Shown piece after piece: positions 8,901-13,029 of a DNA stretch of 15,258 bases. Below the pieces are notes generated by a model that saw nothing but the letters and a program-made list of their open reading frames with translations, made no database searches and was not told the origin of the DNA. This DNA comes from Deltaproteobacteria bacterium (lineage in GTDB: Bacteria; Myxococcota_A; Polyangia; Fen-1088), in assembly GCA_033763315.1 (NCBI GenBank), contig JANRKS010000025.1, forward strand, positions 1 to 15,258, given 5' to 3'. Position 1 is the first letter of the stretch; the number at the start of each line of letters is the position of its first letter. The translations under genes and the position numbers were made by a program.

Positions 8901-10395
8901 CGAGCGCCTGCGCCGACTCATCGAAGGCTGCCACCGCGAATTTGCGTGCAGAAAGCGCAGAGCCAGCAGGCACGATCGTTTGCCAGAAGGCGCCTTGTCC
9001 CACGGTGGTTGCGTTGTGAAGCACGCGCAGATCGGCCACTGGCCCCGCCGCCGTTTGCCCACCGAAAATGAACGCACGATCCGTGTCGTCATCATACGCC
9101 GATGCGGCAAAAGCGCGGCCCACCGGTGCGCCCGTGGCACCACACTGAGGTTGCCACGTTTGCCCATTCGTCGTGACAGCGGTGCCCAACTGCACATCAA
9201 AGGTCAGCGGCTGGCTTTCGGGATCAGATGCCGTCCACGCAATCGTGGTTGCGGCAGGCAAACCGGACGAGCCCATGGCAGGCGATCGTGATGATGGCAC
9301 GCTGGGCGCTTCGTTCGGCTCGTCATCGTCGATGATGAGGCCCGTGGCGTTTGCTTGCCCTAACGTGGCGCCAACAGCTTCTCCCAGTTGAACAAAGAAC
9401 TGCTTATCTGGTTCGGGCACCAGATCACCAAACACAGGCACGGAGAATGTTTGAACGGTTTGGCCAGGCGCAAAGGTGATCACGGCACCACGACGAAGGT
9501 AATCACAACCAGCCACCGCGCTGCCGTCCACCGTTTGCGCGGCCACCGTCACTTCATGATCGGACGCGAGCGAAAGCGACACATTGAAGTTCGCAGTCGT
9601 TAGTCCCGTGCTGCCTTCGGCAAGCGTGACATTGCCAACGCTAACCGTAGGACCTGATGGCGCTGTGACAGTGACGGACACGTCAGCAAAAGCAGTAAGC
9701 GCAGAATCGCTTACCGTCACGCGGACCACATACGATCCGGCGGCCCGAAAAAAGGCGGAGGTGCTGTTCGCGTTCGGGCTCACAAAGTCAACCACGCCGG
9801 GACCACTCACCAAAGACCACGCATAGGCCAACGCCGAGCCGGCTGGCAGCCCGTCATCAGTGGCGGTTGCCGTCAGCAAAACATCGGCACTGACCGCAGC
9901 CGTAGAAGGCGTGGCCGTCGCAGTGACGGTCGGCGCAACGTTTGTCGGACAACGTGTTGAGTTCGAAGACGCCGTTGACGTCCGCGGCCCAAGCTTCCAC
10001 ACAAGGTTCGAGCCGTTGAAGGCCACCGTGAACACATCCACGTGTCGCCCCGGCGCAAACAGCACAGGTTGCCCCCGATCGAGCGGCGAAGGAGTGAACT
10101 TGTTGTTCGCCCCCACGGGCACGCTCACCGAGTCAGTGACGGTGTTCAAGTATCCGAAGTGCGCCGTGTATTGCCCCGGCCCATCGGCGGTGACGCACTC
10201 TAAGATCGGGCGCAGCAGCGACGCATCGGTGAGGAGCGCTTGACTTGAATTAAGGTCCGCGTGATCGGGCGGTTCGCTGCACCCTATGCCTAACGAGGCA
10301 AGCGAAATAACACATAGCGCTGAGAAGGCTCTCGACCATTCATGCGCGAAATATTCCGCGCCCGACCGCATCATCACACCAATTGGACTAGCCAT
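1..10395 (-). CDS. Giant secreted RHS/YD-repeat protein with PKD/Calx-beta/Kelch stalk (3' end outside window; at least 3465 aa)
   Basis: One minus-strand frame (codon starts at multiples of 3) reads without a stop through the stretch I translated continuously (10395 to ~3240) and in spot checks down to base 1. The track lists no terminated ORF in this frame. It begins MASPIGVMMRSGAEYFAHEWSRAFSALCVISLASLGIGC, with GGGAG ~8 nt upstream of ATG 10395; alternative ATGs are at 10374 and 10371. At the window edge it reads ...TYDVDGVLVR...DFVVDTHGGLSHIVAEVGGSGAVSAVYVRAGDMLLEELR, typical of the late RHS core. Confidence 0.93.
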   Translation of the reverse strand, partial: MASPIGVMMRSGAEYFAHEWSRAFSALCVISLASLGIGCSEPPDHADLNSSQALLTDASLLRPILECVTADGPGQYTAHFGYLNTVTDSVSVPVGANNKFTPSPLDRGQPVLFAPGRHVDVFTVAFNGSNLVWKLGPRTSTASSNSTRCPTNVAPTVTATATPSTAAVSADVLLTATATDDGLPAGSALAYAWSLVSGPGVVDFVSPNANSTSAFFRAAGSYVVRVTVSDSALTAFADVSVTVTAPSGPTVSVGNVTLAEGSTGLTTANFNVSLSLASDHEVTVAAQTVDGSAVAGCDYLRRGAVITFAPGQTVQTFSVPVFGDLVPEPDKQFFVQLGEAVGATLGQANATGLIIDDDEPNEAPSVPSSRSPAMGSSGLPAATTIAWTASDPESQPLTFDVQLGTAVTTNGQTWQPQCGATGAPVGRAFAASAYDDDTDRAFIFGGQTAAGPVADLRVLHNATTVGQGAFWQTIVPAGSALSARKFAVAAFDESAQALVIHGGCAGTCASSLADAKVVTGLSMGPAAWTALPASPVALREHAAAYDQVSHKLIVFGGIPEAASLPTNDVWVLNNVAGGGTPSWQPLAVAGTRPAARASAALAYDAAADRLYLFGGRSATGTVLSDVWVLNGAASRSGTPTWQKLNISGVGPAGRWGHSLSLEPVAGRLLVHGGSSAVVNNDSIGLKDSWLLNLNNAAAPTWTRVQAASEASPAQRLGHVAAYSANRNRLLVFGGVDSQASTTPQADLWSMGNAIGTLSTVSANAASAHFDASSLIDDTRYFWRVVARDNQGAENGGRLFDFRTGDPSLTVNDVSVVEDSASPLKAVFHLRLSAPSVHPVTVNYATEDGTATAGSDYVPTNGTATIVAGAWETTVEVTINSDFAIESDESFGLLLSQTSGASLIRSEAFATIVNDDSFMNAPPIASAGADRYLYALNTQLQGVARDDGQPIGASLSITWADVSPANAAAIDNPHDVHSNVRFPNPGTYVLRLTVSDGEFTSSDDVSFTVDGTAKPPLLVNAGPDVVTPSMQANVSGTVVNSAGFASVQWTVVSGPGTATITEPFIPATTVTFSAPGSYVLKLTATDGYSSASDEATIEVAPSNQPPQVDAGVDKRAFVRNASGRGKVVVDSDEWILSNQGFSPGVSGAEFAVNLANYFAPAGGGRFLDFQTGPQWPHGEELHAALALAGHSHEWSPSDGSGKDLESLLTYDGLFVGDLDAQYIDTLNAYVALGGNVFLTLGTGFYSPAEESSVWSSFLKRYGFEIDGTSTYGSSCAALAPSSQHFLFNSVSWLMFCGALPLNAVDAADPASRLFRFLNDVEPRGRMGVYQPTEGASVRLIGTVVDDQLPSGVMTHVWTQTSGPATANIEEPSELETIISFPQPGQYVFRLTASDGVESRFDEATVSVGAVSNEAPVVSAGSDVTIALPNNSVALAGVATDDGVPGTGLTYRWSSGTIPEKVIFADPTAPATTAIFPAPGVYRLQLAAFDGQERGLDDLVVTVLPSTGPNHSPDVEAGPAISVRLGANEIVDAFRTLGTSQRGWSSVSGNWHKVPSTEALRNGDVYRIADGGDGTLFQGVPIGEKTQLVDADLVDVDLELVMRTAPETNPDYAVVTVQFNYEANTSTARTVTSSPLAYTQGWGRYKVRLHVPRFTRWVNVFVESHINTGPVNDLEIDDVRLSFSGAAVSLDRAYVVDDGLPWGYLSQSWTATGPGQVSFSNPANVSPLAIFTQAGTYVLSLAATDGELESTDSVQVVVQPNNEAPVVNAGPDLNTRAPVLTAHLAGTVTDDLTPPNGLVLRWVQIAGPGTATFSAPQSLATDVTFSSPGQYTLQLIADDGERFGSDNTVVQVFEAFGPNAAPAVSAGPDIQLSWPQNLLTLVGRATDDGLPENGTLLPTWSVISGPAGVRFGNENGLSTSVVLPVAGTYILRLAVSDGEASSSDDVIVFVGFNGQNVPPSVNAGADVTVSPGTHVLLAGSALDDGLPSGELRYQWREVSGPTFVNVLGYDSAAAAVDLALEGDYVFELLVSDTLASAVDTVSVRVVADNQPPVISAGPDKQTEVPGAGKVVLAGSATDDGIPSDSLHFQWTQTSGFPASIAQPNALSTVVTFASAGTYTFRLVVGDGLASSQDDTTVIVLPGNLAPIIDAGPSQSVLLPSRTALLAGTIGDDGKPAGSTPVARWSLVSGPGPVAFANALAAVTTATFQEVGTYTLRLTAHDGQQSAFDDTQVVVSGQAATGAAPTVAFSSPLDLSVVTAPTNLEGSVTSSTLSAWRLEMRPTTPGAEWSTFATGSTPLSGVLAKFDPTLLENGIYDIRLAATDTAGRSAEALMQLLVKDQMKLGHVALTFDDLNVPMAGVPIQILRSYDSRNTQKGDFGHGWTLDVNRVRVYENAVLGKGFGAASTGGFLPRYCVQPARKLVVTVITPEGRMHEFEPTVSDACEYFSPPDFVTIGFAAKPGTNSKLELVSGGDVFVQPGESGGYELWSGSDGDFEPFDPRRYRLTLQDGRVLEFDQFDGFTSITDRNGNSLTFDAHGITHSSGKSITFERDEENRITGIVDPMGKRNAYQYDPDGNLTGFTDREGNETRFAYDSQRIHHLRDIIDARGVRAIRHDYDADGRLISTTDSLGHAISLSHDLDNRKETVIDRNGYTKTLWFDERGNVVREVDGEGHETLRTYNSLNNVLSETDGSGRTRQYEYDTRDNVTAEVDGLGHRTEHTYNGFGQVLTTTDPLGNVTTSTYSVQGNLLTQVGPRPGQTTSYLYDFLGNMRQMTDALGHVSNYAHDDQGNKTSETDALGRVTTYTYDANNRPLTEVRTRTTSAGTETLTTTHTYDGQGRETRVVQADGSQLNYTYDAVGNRVTSSDALGHVTTTTYDTNGRATRVTYQDGSFDETTYDNEGRAVARKDRAGQTTSSTFDKVGRLLRTTRPDGTYSESTYDGAGRVVASFQSGRGTTTFAYDAAGQQTSSTDASGAVVSTGYDVAGRKVSETNALGGVTQFTLDETGNATVVTNPGGSTRSSVFDFLGREVSQTDERGKTTTYTYDELGRLTAVTDPLLNVTRYAYDEVGNRIATTDAANHTTHYEYDRMGRETKRVLPDGAFEERTYDAAGNVASRKDFQGRVTTYAYDVNNRQTLRTYPDSTSVAFTYNVMGRRLTATNTAGATTYDYDNSQRLLRKTDPAGRKVEYTYDSAGRQETLTAKVGAEVFTTTYGYDGAGRMVGVTDPAGRAFTMSHNAQGMLATLVRPNGVQTSYTHDNRGRLTNIRTFKVAGDTTIASYAYTLGASGLRDAITEADGTVRAYAYDDVGRLVGEGVSGGSGPQYTKTFAYDAVSNRSSQVTTGAGAANVAYSYDERQRLLTENAQPYVWDVNGNQTQRPTGDAYEWDFEDRLVRVTKADGTVVQNTYDVDGVLVRTSVTPAGGGAAVVTDFVVDTHGGLSHIVAEVGGSGAVSAVYVRAGDMLLEELR
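3241..3680 (-). other. Linker Ig-like domain plus DUF6531-like RHS N-terminal segment
   Basis: Translation ...LAKFDPTLLENGIYDIRLAATDTAG... followed by DLNVPMAGVPIQILRSYDSRNTQKGDFGHGWTLD. This matches the DL-x-IP...RxYxS...G-x-FG-x-GW motif that precedes RHS repeats. Confidence 0.8.
3700..7641 (-). repeat. Tandem array of 10 PKD/K319L-like Ig domains (two carry insertions); an 11th copy lies at ~9661-9935
   Basis: Recurrent ~90-aa unit N-x-[AP]-P-x-V-x-AG-x-D...L-x-G-x-x-x-DDG-x-P...W...SGP...F...G-x-Y-x-L-x-L-x-x-x-DG...D. Copies at about 7370-7641, 7100-7355, 6178-7092 (split), 5890-6165, 5128-5874 (split), 4845-5118, 4552-4827, 4264-4536, 3982-4257 and 3700-3975. Confidence 0.85.
7651..7980 (-). 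other. Calx-beta domain 2
   Basis: PSLTVNDVSVVE...VFHLRLSAPSVHPVTVNYATEDGTATAGSDY...IESDESFGLLLS...ATIVNDD is a canonical Calx-beta pattern. Confidence 0.9.
8140..9180 (-). other. Six-blade Kelch/galactose-oxidase-like beta-propeller
   Basis: Six repeats carry the GG doublet: AFIFGG, LVIHGG, LIVFGG, LYLFGG, LLVHGG, LLVFGG. Most are preceded by an R-x-x-[HA]...YD-like segment and followed by D-x-W and a W-x-x-L-like segment. Confidence 0.9.
9322..9651 (-). other. Calx-beta domain 1
   Basis: PTVSVGNVTLAEGSTGLTTANFNVSLS...TVDGSAVAGCDY...ITFAPGQT...VFGDLVPEPDKQFFVQL...ATGLIIDDD. Confidence 0.88.
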
Positions 10396-10427
10396 ACTGG
10401 ATTCTCCCTGGGTCTAGCGATACTGGA
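10385..10427. promoter_or_regulatory. 17-bp direct repeat flanking the putative RBS of the giant gene
   Basis: GGACTAGCCATACTGGA (10385-10401) and GGTCTAGCGATACTGGA (10411-10427) are 15/17 identical with a 26-bp period. The repeat is seen directly; the regulatory role is inferred. Confidence 0.5.
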
Positions 10428-10502
10428 ACAACCCAAAAAGAGTCAAAGAAGAAATGCTGTGTCACCTAATATTCACGTCTGGACATGCGCTAAGTCGCCG
10501 GG

Positions 10503-10586
10503 GTCATATATGACTTCTATGACTCGTGGCTATGACCTTTATGACTCCGGCGTATGACTTGTGCTGCGTTGCACCCGTCTCATACG
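10503..10586. repeat. TATGAC hexamer array (22-bp period) with inverted copies
   Basis: TATGAC starts at 10509, 10518, 10531, 10540 and 10553 (spacing 9,13,9,13). An inverted GTCATA at 10503 makes the palindrome GTCATATATGAC. CGTATGA (10551-10557) and TCATACG (10580-10586) form an inverted pair. Confidence 0.8.
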
Positions 10587-10623
10587 GAAAACATAACGTT
10601 GCGCCGGCGCCTCTTGACAACCC

Positions 10624-10870
10624 GTGATCAACGTCCTCGAACAGCTCGCGGTGGCGGGCACCCACAGACGGGGCCGCCACAAATGTCGCCTTTGCGCGAG
10701 ACGCCCGAACGGGAGCGATCGATTTGAAAGTCGAACGCCGGGTTGACCCGCATCTCTACGAACTGACGCAGCCTTTAGGTAGTGAGCGCGCTCCAAAGAA
10801 GGGCGGCCGTGGCGCCTCCACCAGAGCACGTGCTTTCAGGCTTACTCCTGTGCGGCAAGTGCGGCGTCAA
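10624..10870 (+). pseudogene. Frameshifted internal fragment of a large serine recombinase (end of recombinase domain plus start of Zn ribbon)
   Basis: Three collinear motifs lie in three frames. VINVLEQLAVAGTHRRGR starts at 10624 (cf. V-x-x-IL-x-NP-x-Y-x-G). AIDLKVERRVDPHLYELTQ lies at ~10715-10771 (cf. PAIVD-x-E-x-F-x-x-AQ). HVLSGLLLCGKCG lies at 10827-10865 (cf. Zn-ribbon motif LSGLL-x-C-x-x-CG). No catalytic resolvase domain is seen. Confidence 0.68.
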
Positions 10871-10987
10871 ATATCCACTCGGCCAAAGGTCAATCGATGT
10901 CGGCAGCACTCTTAGGGCGCGCGGGATAACTCGCCCACAACAAAGTGTGAACGCCCAAACCCTACCATCAGGGTGGCGGGGGAAAGG

Positions 10988-11752
10988 TCAACGCCAAACT
11001 GAGTGCCCTATCTTGCCAAGGAACGAAAGCGCCGTGGACAGATTCGACCAGATGGTCGAATGCTTCACAAAGGCGTCTAGGGAACTGCCCTCGACGATTT
11101 GGATTCGCCCATCTGCGCCGCCAGATGGTACGGGTTGGAATCGTGTGTTTGCTTCGCGCGAAGCAGGAGCCCCAGACTGTTCGTTCGTAGCTTTGGGTGC
11201 GGCGGCGTTTGGGTCGAGCCGATCGCGGCGGTAGGGAGCAGTCGCAAAAATTTCTTCGTAGCGCGTGTCCGTTACGATGAAAAGATCGTCGGGGAGCTTG
11301 TCGTACTCCGATGAAGCATCGGCTTCCGCGAACTGTCGAATACGTTCTATTTCGGAATCGATTCGCACGGCGATAGAAGCGAATGGTGTGTGACCAACTT
11401 CAGCGCTGCGGATCCACCTCGCCCATTCGAACCAATCCACCGGATTGTCTACCGGCACCAAGTGCCTAAAACCCAGCCGACATATTCGCTTCGTTGCGCA
11501 TTGGCCAAGCGTGCATAGCATCACCTGAAGACGTACACCTTGTTCAAGAAGATCTCGCACGTCCCACACGCCCTTCTCAAGGTCAAGAAGCGCGCCCGTC
11601 GTTGAATCCCGAATCAGGGCGGGATGATAGTGCAGGAACAGCTTGAAATAAGCGTTCAACGCGCTTTTAAACTCTTCGATCCGAGAGAGAACAAGGCGGC
11701 TTTGTTCAGACAGAGGGGTATCAGTGCTGCCGTGCGATGATTCCGAGGGCAT
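10988..11752 (-). CDS. Hypothetical protein (254 aa)
   Basis: Long ORF with globular-looking composition. ATG 11752 (MPSESSHG...) has GAGG about 8 nt upstream and is preferred over the track start at 11821. No family recognised. Confidence 0.7.
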   Translation of the reverse strand: MPSESSHGSTDTPLSEQSRLVLSRIEEFKSALNAYFKLFLHYHPALIRDSTTGALLDLEKGVWDVRDLLEQGVRLQVMLCTLGQCATKRICRLGFRHLVPVDNPVDWFEWARWIRSAEVGHTPFASIAVRIDSEIERIRQFAEADASSEYDKLPDDLFIVTDTRYEEIFATAPYRRDRLDPNAAAPKATNEQSGAPASREANTRFQPVPSGGADGRIQIVEGSSLDAFVKHSTIWSNLSTALSFLGKIGHSVWR

Positions 11753-12013
11753 GGCTAGATCCTCGTACCAATGGAGGTCCAGTGCAAGCACCTTTTGGCG
11801 GTGATTTTGAAGCATCACCAACTTCTTGAGTTGCTGGTTCTTTGTCTTTGCGCCTGTTGTCCAAAATCAAATCCGCCAAACGCCTTCGCTACCCGAGGCA
11901 AATTGGTTGAAGGCACTTTCGTGCCGCCAGCGGCACCTGCCGTCGCACCTGCGTGAAACGTTTCGGGCAAGGCCAATTTGAAGCGGGCGAGTGAACGAGC
12001 AATCATCGATCAC

Positions 12014-12508
12014 ATGAAGGCCGCCCGCTTGAGTCCAGAACTTCAGGCTTCGTTGCGCGACGCCATTGTGGCGGAGAGAAATGCCGACGCGGCGCTTGAT
12101 GCGCGACGTGCACACGTGGATCGTCTGCTTCAAGAGATGCGATCGAATGGCGTCTCATTTGATCGCATTGCGATCGAAGCGTTTAAGGCGCGGCGTGGAC
12201 GGCCGCCGCGTGCAAAGGAACGATTGCGCGAGCGTGCACGCCTTCGCCAACGCTACTGTCGCATGAAGGTGAAGCTGGGCGTGACGTGCGGTCACCGAGA
12301 TCCTCTGGCGACCACCGGTCAATCGCCGTCGGTTCACGTAGCCTTGGCAAGCAAGGAGTTAGCGAACATGAACGACCCACGATTGATAAAGCGGACAACG
12401 ATCGAAGAGACTTACACCACGTCAAGCAAGGCCAGCTTGGGCGACGCCGATCTTGGCGACGACGAACTGGACGATGTGGACGACGACGAGGACGAGGACG
12501 AGAGCTAA
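12014..12508 (+). CDS. Hypothetical helical protein with Arg-rich segment and acidic tail (possible DNA-binding protein)
   Basis: In-frame ATG at 12014 (track start is TTG 11978). Contains NGVSFDRIA (HTH-like), then RRGRPPRAKERLRERARLRQR, and ends DADLGDDELDDVDDDEDEDES. Confidence 0.65.
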   Translation: MKAARLSPELQASLRDAIVAERNADAALDARRAHVDRLLQEMRSNGVSFDRIAIEAFKARRGRPPRAKERLRERARLRQRYCRMKVKLGVTCGHRDPLATTGQSPSVHVALASKELANMNDPRLIKRTTIEETYTTSSKASLGDADLGDDELDDVDDDEDEDES

Positions 12509-12512
12509 GTCG

Positions 12513-12827
12513 ATGGGCCGCTCCGTAAGCAAAGCAACGGGGGCGTGGGTTATGAAGGAACCGACCAATGCCTGCGCCACCGTTGCTTGGGCCCGCACAC
12601 TCATCGAGGCCGGCTACCGCTACCCAAGGTCGAACAAGTGTTTGCTTGCATTGGGCTTGGTGGCGTCCACGATGCCGGCATTGGGTGACGGTGCGGCGTA
12701 CACGCGAGCCGAACGGCGGGCGCGTCGAAAGGGCTGCGCGAATGCCGTGGTTGCAGGCGCGCAGGAGGCGGCGGCCTTGCTGAGCCATGCGTGCGGCAGG
12801 CCCAAGCGCCCCAAAGCTAAACGATAG
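12513..12827 (+). CDS. Hypothetical basic protein (104 aa)
   Basis: ATG lies 4 nt after the stop of the upstream gene, which is operon-like spacing. Helical, basic sequence (YTRAERRARRKG). No family recognised. Confidence 0.5.
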   Translation: MGRSVSKATGAWVMKEPTNACATVAWARTLIEAGYRYPRSNKCLLALGLVASTMPALGDGAAYTRAERRARRKGCANAVVAGAQEAAALLSHACGRPKRPKAKR

Positions 12828-12854
12828 GCAGTCTATCAGGGCGGGAGGACCCTT

Positions 12855-12999
12855 CCGCAGGGGGGAGCTTTTGGCGGCCCCGCAGGCCAGGCGCATGGGG
12901 GAAACGATAGCGCCGCACCCTGCGCCCGCAGGGGGTGGACGCCCACGCCCGCAGTGTGCGCTCGTGTTGCAAGGTCGCCGAAGCCGCAGCCTACGCAGG
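12855..12999 (+). repeat. Cluster of CCGCAG motifs upstream of the HTH gene
   Basis: Exact CCGCAG at 12855, 12880, 12926, 12949 and 12984, with a near copy ACGCAG at 12993. Dyad CCCTGCG-CC-CGCAGGG at 12918-12933. Confidence 0.55.
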
Positions 13000-13029
13000 G
13001 GCCAACAGCGACCGAGAAAGTGGTCAGAG

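Noticed and set aside
80-10243. All track ORFs in this span (e.g. 82..972, 2224..2781, 6645..7154 on +, and the short minus-strand ORFs)
   Set aside because: They are antisense or off-frame shadows of the giant minus-strand gene. Their V/R/H-rich or S/T/P-rich translations have no motifs, while the giant frame gives coherent domains throughout.
10342-10829. Track ORFs 10342..10557 (+) and 10539..10829 (-)
   Set aside because: They overlap the giant gene's start, the repeat array or the recombinase relic, and show no recognisable protein features.
10782-11234. 150-aa + ORF as an intact gene
   Set aside because: Only the HVLSGLLLCGKCG segment is meaningful, as part of the recombinase relic. 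The rest runs antisense into the 10988-11752 gene.
12457-12505. GAC/GAG trinucleotide-like run as a microsatellite
   Set aside because: It is explained by the Asp/Glu-rich coding tail.
12787-13029. N-terminal 81-aa extension of the HTH gene given by the track
   Set aside because: It overlaps the upstream ORF, is low-complexity R/P/G, and spans the CCGCAG motif cluster. The HTH begins right after ATG 13030/13051.
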